Shown one piece after another: positions 28,721 to 36,697 of a stretch of DNA of 64,000 nt (the stretch's first letter is position 1; each line of letters opens with the position of its first letter). The notes beneath the pieces were generated by a model, which made no database searches, was not told the DNA's origin, and saw nothing but the letters and a program-made list of their open reading frames with translations. Made by a program: the position numbers and the translations under genes. Origin of the DNA: Candidatus Omnitrophota bacterium (GTDB lineage: Bacteria > Omnitrophota > Gorgyraeia > JAHJTE01); the NCBI GenBank assembly GCA_018830005.1, contig JAHJTE010000001.1, forward strand, positions 257,332 to 321,331, in the 5' to 3' direction.

Positions 28721-29772
28721 AAAGATTTACCAGTAGAAAAAAAGCCCTTTCGTATATATTAATAATCTTGTTATTTTTTCTTGTAGCAGAGGTAATGTTA
28801 CGCATACGCGAAAGAGTTAAAGCAAAAGAGACCCAGGTTTATGGACAAATTAATTTTTTTTCGTCCCATCCTTTTCTTAATTATGTGCTGAATCCAAAGA
28901 TAGCGAAGCATAATTCATTAGGTTTTAGGGGTCAAGAGATAGATATTTCTAAAGAGGAAAATATTTATAGAATATTTTGCCTAGGTGCATCTAGTGTCTA
29001 TGGTTCAAGGGTTTCCCCGGAAGAGTCCTATCCTTATTTTCTTAATCAGCTTCTAAAGAATACCGTTAAAAAGAAAGTACCCGATGTGATTAACGCCGGC
29101 GTGCCGGGATACACATCAGCTAATATTTTTTTATTATTTCAATTTCGCATTCTTCCTCTATCACCTGATATGATAATAATTTATTCTGGATTTAACGACA
29201 TATTTCCCAGGATTATGGGTAAGGGTGCCTTTGATTATTCAGATTTTAATATTGTTTGGAGGCCGATACCAGCTTTAAAAAGGGCTCTATTTAAAAGTAT
29301 ATTAGCTCAAAAGATTATTGGCCGAGTGGGAGAAAGATTAGGGATTGCTTTTTTAACCTGGCCGCCGCATATTCATGAAATTGTTCAGAAATGGCCATAT
29401 CAATATGTTACTGGTGATTATAAAAGGAATTTAGCGAATACGTCTGCGCAGATTTTCCAACGAAATATTTTGTCCTTGATTCAGCTTGCCAGGGCTAATG
29501 ATGTCGATGTTGTTTTAGTGGCTCAAGTTTTAGGTCCTGTAAAAGAGAGCAAATCAATATATGCTGAATTGGCTAAAGGAATTATGGAACATAACAATGT
29601 TATTCGTAATTTAACCCGCCAGACTGGTGTTTATTTAATAGATTTAGAAAGCATATTTCCAAGGCGTTCGGAGATGTTTATCGATGAAATCCATATGAGT
29701 CCAAAGGGAAATAAAATACGCGCTGAAATTATTTCAGAAACTATAGCAAAAATTATACAAGAGGATAATTAG
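28717..29772 (+). CDS. SGNH/GDSL-like hydrolase family protein, N-terminal membrane anchor
   Basis: Contains N-terminal GASSVYG (a GDS-like block I Ser), GFNDI, and a C-terminal D-x-x-H catalytic dyad (IDEIHMSP); 351 aa. Confidence 0.55.
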   Translation: MKRFTSRKKALSYILIILLFFLVAEVMLRIRERVKAKETQVYGQINFFSSHPFLNYVLNPKIAKHNSLGFRGQEIDISKEENIYRIFCLGASSVYGSRVSPEESYPYFLNQLLKNTVKKKVPDVINAGVPGYTSANIFLLFQFRILPLSPDMIIIYSGFNDIFPRIMGKGAFDYSDFNIVWRPIPALKRALFKSILAQKIIGRVGERLGIAFLTWPPHIHEIVQKWPYQYVTGDYKRNLANTSAQIFQRNILSLIQLARANDVDVVLVAQVLGPVKESKSIYAELAKGIMEHNNVIRNLTRQTGVYLIDLESIFPRRSEMFIDEIHMSPKGNKIRAEIISETIAKIIQEDN

Positions 29773-29811
29773 AAAAAAATAAAGGCAAAAGTTTTTAAAA
29801 ATTTAAATCCG

Positions 29812-29820
29812 TGATATAAT
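29812..29820 (+). promoter_or_regulatory. extended -10 promoter element TGaTATAAT upstream of the PIG-L/WecA/ATPase operon
   Basis: Read as gtGATATAAT in the sequence, with the ribosome-binding site AGAGGTGA and ATG 29837 placed 17 nt downstream. The -35 region is A/T-rich but weak. Confidence 0.4.
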
Positions 29821-29836
29821 CAATAGAGGTGATATT

Positions 29837-30451
29837 ATGAACATATTGGCAATCGGTGCGCATCCGGATGATATTGAATTTGGCTGCGGTGGGACATTAT
29901 TGAAATATACTAAGGCCAAAAATAATGTTTATCTTTTAATTTTAACTAAAGGAGAAATCGGAGCCTCTGGCGCTAGGCGATGTCAAGAGCAGAAAGAATC
30001 CGCTAAATTCTTAAAAGCAAAACGCGTTTTTTGGGGGAATTATAAGGACACTAAAATATGTTTAACCAAAGAGTTGATTGGAAAGATCGAGGCAATATTG
30101 AATAAGGTTAAGCCAGAGATTGTCTTATTTAATGCTCCTTCTGATATCCATCAAGATCACAGGGTGGTTGCAGAGGCCGCTATTTCAGCTACAAGATATA
30201 TAAAGAAGGTCTTATTTTATGAGGTCCCGACTACTATTGGCTTTGAGCCGGATATATTTGTTGATATTGGTGATATTATCTTTGAAAAACTCCAACTCCT
30301 AAAGTTGCATCGTTCTCAAGTGCATAAGACAAGAGTCCCAGGCTTAAGTATAATGGATAGTGCGACCTCTTGTGCAAATTTCAGGGGTTTTCAGGGGCGA
30401 GTGAAGTATGCTGAGGGATTCAAGGCCTTAAGGTTTATGTTAGAGTCATGA
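29837..30451 (+). CDS. PIG-L/LmbE-family N-acetylglucosaminyl deacetylase
   Basis: Begins MNILAIGAHPDDIEFGCGGTL (the AHPDDE zinc-binding signature), with later HQDH. Confidence 0.8.
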   Translation: MNILAIGAHPDDIEFGCGGTLLKYTKAKNNVYLLILTKGEIGASGARRCQEQKESAKFLKAKRVFWGNYKDTKICLTKELIGKIEAILNKVKPEIVLFNAPSDIHQDHRVVAEAAISATRYIKKVLFYEVPTTIGFEPDIFVDIGDIIFEKLQLLKLHRSQVHKTRVPGLSIMDSATSCANFRGFQGRVKYAEGFKALRFMLES

Positions 30452-31503
30452 AATTATTCTATATTTTCATCTTTTCAGTAGTGAGCACATTTATTTTCAC
30501 GCAGATTGCGATAAGGATCGGTTTTAAATTCAATGTCCTTGACCGCCCCGAGAAGAGGAAGATACACGTTCAGCCGGTTCCTCTATTGGGAGGTCTTGCC
30601 CTTGCTATTCCATATCTGTTAATCCTTTTTGTAATTAGAAATGAATTTGATATTGTAATTCTCAGTGTATTGTTTGGAGGCCTTATTATACTTATTGTAG
30701 GTTTTTTGGATGATCTTAATAAGCTTTCAGCCAGGTTACGCCTAGGTATTCAGATACTTGTAGTTTTAATGCTTATTACAAATTCAGCCACATTGACTAT
30801 TTTTCCTAATACAGCTTGGGGTATTATCTTAAGATGTCTTATAACCATCCTCTGGATTGTAGGAATAACGAATGCTATGAATTTCCTCGATGGAATGGAT
30901 GCGCTCTGCGCAGGTCTAGTCTGTATTAGTAGCCTTTGTTTTGCTGTAATTGCTTTTTTCACAAATCAGAATCAGATTTTATTTTTGAGTATTATTCTTT
31001 TCGGCTGCTGTTTGGGTTTTCTGCCGCATAACCTTAAGCCAGCAAAGGTTTTCTTAGGTGATTCTGGCAGCACATTTTTGGGATTTATGCTGGCAAGTAT
31101 TGCTGTTGTTGGCGTGTGGGCACAAGACCGTATTGTAGGGATAAGCATCCCAATTTTAATTCTCGGGGTTCCTATTTTTGATATGGTTTTTACTACGGTT
31201 ATGCGTGTTAAAGAGGGGAAAGTGAAGAATGTTAAACAGTGGTTAGAATATGCTGGTAAAGATCATTTTCATCATAGGCTAGTAGATTTAGGTCTGCAGC
31301 CTCAAGGAGCGGTTATTTTCATTTATCTAGTCAGCATATGTTTAGGTATTAGTGCTATGGTACTACTTAGAGCTACTTGGAAGATTGCTATTATTTTATT
31401 GATTCAGGCAGCCGCGATTTTTCTAATGATAGCCGTACTTATGATTATTGGCAAACGTCGCCGCAGCGGCTGGAATATAGATAAACTAAAAGCTAAGGAT
31501 TAA
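30448..31503 (+). CDS. polyprenyl-phosphate N-acetylhexosamine-1-phosphate transferase (WecA/MraY family)
   Basis: Contains VLDRPEKRKIHVQPVPLLGG and NAMNFLDGMDAL (the family's N-A-x-N-x-x-DG-x-D motif), 10-11 TM segments, and an ATGA overlap with the upstream PIG-L gene. Confidence 0.85.
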   Translation: MKLFYIFIFSVVSTFIFTQIAIRIGFKFNVLDRPEKRKIHVQPVPLLGGLALAIPYLLILFVIRNEFDIVILSVLFGGLIILIVGFLDDLNKLSARLRLGIQILVVLMLITNSATLTIFPNTAWGIILRCLITILWIVGITNAMNFLDGMDALCAGLVCISSLCFAVIAFFTNQNQILFLSIILFGCCLGFLPHNLKPAKVFLGDSGSTFLGFMLASIAVVGVWAQDRIVGISIPILILGVPIFDMVFTTVMRVKEGKVKNVKQWLEYAGKDHFHHRLVDLGLQPQGAVIFIYLVSICLGISAMVLLRATWKIAIILLIQAAAIFLMIAVLMIIGKRRRSGWNIDKLKAKD

Positions 31504-31505
31504 AT

Positions 31506-32324
31506 ATGTATGAGAAATATTGGAAGTTAAAAGAAAAACCTTTTGAGAATACGCCCGATCCTAAATTTATCTATTATTCGGATCAGCATAGAGAAGGCCT
31601 CTCGCGTCTGCTATACGCTGTGAGAGAACAAAAGGGCGCAGGAGTTCTTACAGGTGTATTTGGTTGCGGCAAAACACTTTTAGGCAGGACCTTATTAAAG
31701 GAGCTAAGTAGAGAAGTTTACAAGACGGCATTCATTGCAAATCCTAAGCTTGAATACGTAGAATTATTAATGACTATTGCTAGTCGCCTCGGCGCAAAGG
31801 AGCTGCCGAAAAAGCGTACAGAGGTATTGACGAATGTTGTTTTGGATGCCTTAAGCGAAATCCTAGAAAATAATGCCAGGGACGGCAAGAAGACAGTGCT
31901 TATTATTGATGAGGCGCATGTAATCGAAGATAAAAATGTCTGGGAGGAATTGCGCCTTCTACTTAATTTCCAGACTGAAAGAAATTTCCTTATAAATGTG
32001 CTCTTTCTCGGTCAGCCGGAATTAAAAGATGCTATTGAGCGTAACAGGCAATTGTCACAGCGCATTGCTATACACTGTCACCTTTGCCAGCTAAGCGAGG
32101 AGGATACAACTAAATATATTAAGCATCGTTTTAAAGTTGCTGGAGGCGATGAGGGGGTTTTTGCTGATTCGGCAATTCATTTAATTTATGAATATTCGGG
32201 AGGTATTCCGCGCAGAATTAATCACCTTTGCGACTTGGCCCTATTGACGGCATTTAGTCATAAGGTTAGAAATATTGAGGGCGAGATGGTTAAGGAGGCC
32301 TTTTCAGATTTGGAGGTCGAATAG
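31506..32324 (+). CDS. ExeA/GspA-like AAA ATPase (AAA_22 family)
   Basis: N-terminal PFENTPDPKFIYYSDQHREGL, Walker A GVFGCGKT and Walker B LIIDEAHV, an architecture typical of ExeA-type and EPS-locus-associated ATPases. Confidence 0.7.
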   Translation: MYEKYWKLKEKPFENTPDPKFIYYSDQHREGLSRLLYAVREQKGAGVLTGVFGCGKTLLGRTLLKELSREVYKTAFIANPKLEYVELLMTIASRLGAKELPKKRTEVLTNVVLDALSEILENNARDGKKTVLIIDEAHVIEDKNVWEELRLLLNFQTERNFLINVLFLGQPELKDAIERNRQLSQRIAIHCHLCQLSEEDTTKYIKHRFKVAGGDEGVFADSAIHLIYEYSGGIPRRINHLCDLALLTAFSHKVRNIEGEMVKEAFSDLEVE

Positions 32325-32340
32325 AGAATATAAAAATAGT

Positions 32341-32368
32341 TTGACACTTTTTTTTGAGGTTGTACAAT
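32341..32368 (+). promoter_or_regulatory. sigma70-like promoter TTGACA-N16-TACAAT
   Basis: Near-consensus hexamers read directly, about 45 nt upstream of the small-ORF ribosome-binding site AAGGAGGGGGAGG. Confidence 0.5.
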
Positions 32369-32411
32369 TAAAGTAGGGCGTAAGTTATGTGCTCACTAAA
32401 GGAGGGGGAGG

Positions 32412-32585
32412 ATGAAAAAACTGGCTGATGTTTGTATACCCATAGCTATTGCTTCTATTGTGTTAGGAATAATTTCTCGGATAATGTTTAGGCCATTATT
32501 TGAAGTAGGAGCCAGAGGATTTTTAGGTTTTGCCACTGTAATGCTTCTTTTAGCTATTGCTATTACATTGAAAGAGAAGGCTTAA
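32412..32585 (+). CDS. small (57 aa) two-TM membrane protein, unknown function
   Basis: Strong Shine-Dalgarno sequence (AAGGAGGGGGAGG) 1 nt before the ATG, a consensus promoter upstream and a hairpin downstream; the sequence MKKLADVCIPIAIASIVLGIISRIMFRPLFEVGARGFLGFATVMLLLAIAITLKEKA is too short to appear in the ORF track. Confidence 0.4.
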   Translation: MKKLADVCIPIAIASIVLGIISRIMFRPLFEVGARGFLGFATVMLLLAIAITLKEKA

Positions 32586-32629
32586 TTAAGGCAACTGTTG
32601 TTAACTCACTTTTCGGTTAGTTAGCATGA

Positions 32630-32660
32630 TGCCCGCTTTTTTATCCAAAAAAAGCGGGCA
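32630..32660 (+). terminator. stable hairpin GCCCGC-U6-AUCC-A7-GCGGGC, possible terminator
   Basis: Perfect inverted repeat tgcccgctttttt / aaaaaagcgggca. The U-tract lies inside rather than after the stem, so its function is uncertain. Confidence 0.45.
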
Positions 32661-32702
32661 TACTGTTATTTGCAAAGATGGGTACAGATAAAATACCACA
32701 AA

Positions 32703-32724
32703 TGATCGCAGATATCTGCGATCA
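32703..32724 (+). promoter_or_regulatory. 22-bp perfect palindrome tgatcgcagatATCTGCGATCA, candidate operator
   Basis: Exact dyad symmetry read from the sequence; it ends 12 nt before the ribosome-binding site of the Lrp/AsnC gene. Confidence 0.5.
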
Positions 32725-32747
32725 TCTGATTTAACGGAGGTTAAGCT

Positions 32748-33233
32748 ATGGACGAAATACTCGAGGTTTTAGAAAAAGATGCACGTATCAGGCCGGAAGA
32801 AATTGCTAAGATGCTAGGCAAATCAACAAAATTTGTTAAGTCAGCAATAAAAAAATATGAAAAACAAGGCATTATTGTAAAATATAAGACATTAATCAAT
32901 AAGGAATTGTTAAAGGAGGACCGTAGAAGAGTGAGGGCCTTGATTGAAGTAAGCGTAATACCTCAGAAAAATCTCGGTTTTGATTATTTAGCAGAGCGCA
33001 TATATAAGTTTCCAGAAGTCCAAAGCTCTTATCTGGTTAGCGGTACTTATGATTTACTGCTTGTGGTTGAAGGAGACGATATTCACACAGTTGCTAATTT
33101 TGTTGCAGAGAAACTCGCACCCATGGAGAATGTGCGTGCTACAGTCACGCATTTTTTACTTAAAAAATATAAAGAGGACGGGGATATTTTAAAATTCAGG
33201 AAAGAAAACAGAAGAATAGCTATAAGTTACTAG
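32748..33233 (+). CDS. Lrp/AsnC-family transcriptional regulator
   Basis: N-terminal HTH (LDEIDRKILEVL-like, here DEILEVLEKDARIRPEEIAKMLGKS) and a C-terminal RAM domain; 161 aa. Confidence 0.85.
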   Translation: MDEILEVLEKDARIRPEEIAKMLGKSTKFVKSAIKKYEKQGIIVKYKTLINKELLKEDRRRVRALIEVSVIPQKNLGFDYLAERIYKFPEVQSSYLVSGTYDLLLVVEGDDIHTVANFVAEKLAPMENVRATVTHFLLKKYKEDGDILKFRKENRRIAISY

Positions 33234-33243
33234 GTTGCTGATA

Positions 33244-34416
33244 ATGAAAAGTAGAGATTTGAGAATTTCAAAGATTGCAAACGACTTGCCACCTTCAGGT
33301 ATACGTGAGTTTTTCGATCTTGTCTTAGGGATGAAGGATGTTATATCTCTAGGGGTTGGTGAACCAGATTTTGTTACTCCTTGGAACATCCGCGAAGCAG
33401 GAATTTTTTCTATAGAAGGAGGCCAGACAAGTTATACCTCTAATAAAGGAATGATGAAGTTGCGCCTTTGTATCAAGAGGCACGTTAAGAATCTATGCGA
33501 TATTAGATATGATGCAAATAACCAGATTCTAATAACCACAGGTGTATCTGAAGGTCTTGATTTAGCTTTCAGGGCTATACTAAATAGAGGAGATAATGTT
33601 CTAATTCCAACTCCAAGTTACGTTGCCTATGCTCCTTTAGTATATTTATGTGGGGCAAAAGCAAAGATTATCCGCACGGATTTTCACGACGGGTTTAAAT
33701 TAAAACCGGAAATGATTGAAAATTTCGCCGATTCAAAAACAAAGGCAATAGTCTTGAATTATCCAAATAACCCCACCGGCACCTCTTACACAAAAAATGA
33801 ATTGCAGGCATTGGCTAGAGTAATCAAAAAAAGAGCTATGATAGTAATTAGCGATGAAGTCTATTCGCAGCTTAGCTTTGACTTTAAGCATACTCCTTTT
33901 GCGAGCTTACCTGCGATGAAGGAGCGCACCATTTATTTAAACGGATTCTCTAAAGGGTATGCTATGACCGGCTGGAGAGTGGGCTATGCTTGTGGCCCTG
34001 TGGATATAATCGGGGCAATGACCAAGATTCACCAGTATAGTATGCTATGTGCTCCGATTATGAGTCAATTGGCAGCTGTTGAGGCCTTGGAGAATTCAAA
34101 AAATTCCCTTGATGAAATGTGCAGGGAGTATAGACGGCGTAGAGAATTTGTATTTAAAGGCCTTAATGAATTAGGTCTTTCCTGTCATCGTCCCCAGGGT
34201 GCATTCTACATATTCGCTTCGGTTAAAAAGACGCATCTTTCCTGTACTGAGTTTGCAAAACGCCTCCTAAAGGAGGAAAAAGTAGCAGTAGTGCCTGGTA
34301 TTGCCTTTGGTAATGGCCTTGATAGTTTCATCCGCATTGCCTATGCTGCTAAATTCTCTGATTTGAAAGAGGCGCTTTCCCGCATCGCACACTTCCTGAA
34401 AAAGCACAGAAGATAA
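33244..34416 (+). CDS. class I/II PLP-dependent aminotransferase (aspartate/alanine aminotransferase-like)
   Basis: Contains NPTG, the FSKGYAMTGWRVGY Lys-pocket motif, and N-terminal DLPPSGIREF. ATG 33244 is preferred over TTG 33235. Confidence 0.85.
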   Translation: MKSRDLRISKIANDLPPSGIREFFDLVLGMKDVISLGVGEPDFVTPWNIREAGIFSIEGGQTSYTSNKGMMKLRLCIKRHVKNLCDIRYDANNQILITTGVSEGLDLAFRAILNRGDNVLIPTPSYVAYAPLVYLCGAKAKIIRTDFHDGFKLKPEMIENFADSKTKAIVLNYPNNPTGTSYTKNELQALARVIKKRAMIVISDEVYSQLSFDFKHTPFASLPAMKERTIYLNGFSKGYAMTGWRVGYACGPVDIIGAMTKIHQYSMLCAPIMSQLAAVEALENSKNSLDEMCREYRRRREFVFKGLNELGLSCHRPQGAFYIFASVKKTHLSCTEFAKRLLKEEKVAVVPGIAFGNGLDSFIRIAYAAKFSDLKEALSRIAHFLKKHRR

Positions 34417-34462
34417 TTCAATAAAAGTTTATCTACTAGAAAAGCTTAGTTTTTGAGGTTTA

Positions 34463-35602
34463 TTAGATTAGCTTTGCGATGATTTCTGCGGCAGATTTAC
34501 TTGCCCCGACTTTACCTAATCTTTTTTTAAGGCTATCGAGTTTCAATTTTATCTCTTGATATTTTCCCTTATCCGAAAGCAGCTCTAGACAAGCCCTTCC
34601 GATAAGCCGAGGCTGCGCTTTAAACTGGATTAATTCAGGCACTACTTTTTCTCCTGCCACGACATTTACTAATCCGATATAAGGGATTTTAACCAAGAGT
34701 CTTGCAAGCATCCAGGAAAGTAAATTAAGCTTATAGATAATAACCATTGGCGTTGAGGTAAGTGCGGTCTCCAACGTGGCAGTACCAGAGGCTACTATAG
34801 CCAAATCAGAGGCAGATAAGCAATCGTATATTTCATCTTCACTGACTTTAATCAGATCCAAATCTTTAAAGCCTTCTAGAAGAGGGGTAAGGCTTGAGTC
34901 ATTATTTAGGGTGTTAGATTGTATGAATATAAACTGCGTGTTGCGTTGGTTATTTTTATCGATAATCCTGGCAGATTCAAGCATTATGGGAAGGAGTTTC
35001 TGAATTTCCTTTTTTCGCGAACCCGGCAGGAGTGCAATAGTCGTTTTCTCTTTTTTTAAATTATATTTTTTTATTAACTGGTTAGAGTCTTTTTTTATTT
35101 CTACAGCGTCTAGGAGAGGATGACCTACGAATTCTGCCTCAATACCAAATCGCCTGTAAAATTCCTTTTCGAATTCAAAGACGACAATCATTTTATCCAC
35201 ATATTTTTTAATTAATTTAACCCTGCTTCTGTGCCAGGCCCAGACTTGAGGCGAGATATAATAGATAACAGGGATATGCATTTTTTTTAATTCGCGTGCC
35301 AGACGCAGATTAAATCCCGGATAGTCAATTAATATGCAACAGGCAGGTTTAATTCTCTTTATTTCATTTAGGGTTTTAACGAATATGCTTCTAAATTTAG
35401 CCAGATTGTGCAAGACCTCAAAGAAACCGACTACTGCCAAGTCTGTAATATTAAATAATAGCTTTACCCCGGCCTCTTGCAGATATTTTCCGCCTAGGCC
35501 AAAGAATTTGATCTCAAGATGCTTATCTTGTAGGGCTTTGACCAGACTGGCTCCATGGCGGTCACCTGATGTTTCGCCAGCAACAATAAAGATAGTTTTC
35601 AT
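34463..35602 (-). CDS. lpxB: lipid-A-disaccharide synthase
   Basis: Begins MKTIFIVAGETSGDRHGA (the LpxB N-terminal signature); about 379 aa, GT19. Confidence 0.85.
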   Translation of the reverse strand: MKTIFIVAGETSGDRHGASLVKALQDKHLEIKFFGLGGKYLQEAGVKLLFNITDLAVVGFFEVLHNLAKFRSIFVKTLNEIKRIKPACCILIDYPGFNLRLARELKKMHIPVIYYISPQVWAWHRSRVKLIKKYVDKMIVVFEFEKEFYRRFGIEAEFVGHPLLDAVEIKKDSNQLIKKYNLKKEKTTIALLPGSRKKEIQKLLPIMLESARIIDKNNQRNTQFIFIQSNTLNNDSSLTPLLEGFKDLDLIKVSEDEIYDCLSASDLAIVASGTATLETALTSTPMVIIYKLNLLSWMLARLLVKIPYIGLVNVVAGEKVVPELIQFKAQPRLIGRACLELLSDKGKYQEIKLKLDSLKKRLGKVGASKSAAEIIAKLI

Positions 35603-36531
35603 GTGTAATGCTTGATATATTCGTTAATCTTTTTTTGGATTTTTATTGCTAATGAGAGGGCCTCTTTTCCTTCCCAGCCTGAAACTACAGGATCTTTTCC
35701 GTATAAGATACAGTCAAGGAAGGACTCTAGTTCATTCTGGAGGGGGTCAGCTTTATCGATTGGAACCTCATGTTTGTAGATATTCTTATTCTCTTTTTTG
35801 TATACGCTTGCTTGATTATGCATATAATCAAGAGATATATAGGAATCTTTTAAAAATATTCTGAATTTACGCATTGCCTTAGCGCTAATTCTGCTAGCAG
35901 TCAAATTAGCGACACAACCGTTTTTAAAGCGCAGGCGTACATTTGCGATATCTTCAAGATTAGTTAAGACATTAACGCCTACTGCGTCTATGGATACAAC
36001 ATCTGATTTTACAAGCTCTAGGATAAGGTCAATATCGTGGATCATAAGGTCAGATACTACCCCAATATCTAGAGAACGAGCTGGGAATGGGCTTAGGCGA
36101 TGGCATTCTATGAATTTTGGCTTTTTAACTATATCGCAGACTGTCCGGAAGGCATTGTTAAATCTTTCAATGTGTCCTACAGCAAGTATAAGTTTTTTCT
36201 TTTTGGCTAAATTTATTAATTTTCCCGCTTCAGCCACTGTGGGAGTGATAGGCTTTTCAATCAAGGCATGCGCGCCTTGTTTGAGGCTATCATAGCCAAC
36301 TCGGAAGTGATGCTTGGTGGGGACAGAGACTATAACTGCTTGGACCTGCTTCAGGAGGTCTGAATAGTCTGCATAGTAGGTTGTTTTTATGGTGCGCGCC
36401 AGCTCTTTGCCTTTATTCTTATCAATGTCGCAAATGCCTACAAGCTGGACCTTTTTTATTTTGCTTAGGACATGGGCATGTCTTTGTCCCAAATGCCCTA
36501 CGCCAATAACGCCTATATTAATTTTTTTCAT
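35599..36531 (-). CDS. Gfo/Idh/MocA-family NAD(P)-dependent oxidoreductase
   Basis: N-terminal Rossmann fold IGVIGVGHLGQRH and a conserved EKP motif (LIEKPI). Its TGA stop overlaps the lpxB ATG (ATGA), indicating translational coupling. Confidence 0.85.
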   Translation of the reverse strand: MKKINIGVIGVGHLGQRHAHVLSKIKKVQLVGICDIDKNKGKELARTIKTTYYADYSDLLKQVQAVIVSVPTKHHFRVGYDSLKQGAHALIEKPITPTVAEAGKLINLAKKKKLILAVGHIERFNNAFRTVCDIVKKPKFIECHRLSPFPARSLDIGVVSDLMIHDIDLILELVKSDVVSIDAVGVNVLTNLEDIANVRLRFKNGCVANLTASRISAKAMRKFRIFLKDSYISLDYMHNQASVYKKENKNIYKHEVPIDKADPLQNELESFLDCILYGKDPVVSGWEGKEALSLAIKIQKKINEYIKHYT

Positions 36532-36618
36532 GTTAGAGAAAATCTAATTTTAGTATCTGTCTGATCATTGAATAGTATCAAATCTCCTAGCAAAAGTCAA
36601 GAGAAGGCTTTATGAGTC

Positions 36619-36647
36619 TTGACGCATGATAATAGCTATGGTAGAAT
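36619..36647 (+). promoter_or_regulatory. sigma70-like promoter TTGACG-N17-TAGAAT upstream of the msbA-like gene
   Basis: Hexamers read directly, about 50 nt upstream of ATG 36698 in the divergent intergenic region. Confidence 0.45.
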
Positions 36648-36697
36648 TACAGACAGTTTGCAGCCAGAAACATTAACGTGTTATAAATAATAAAGTT

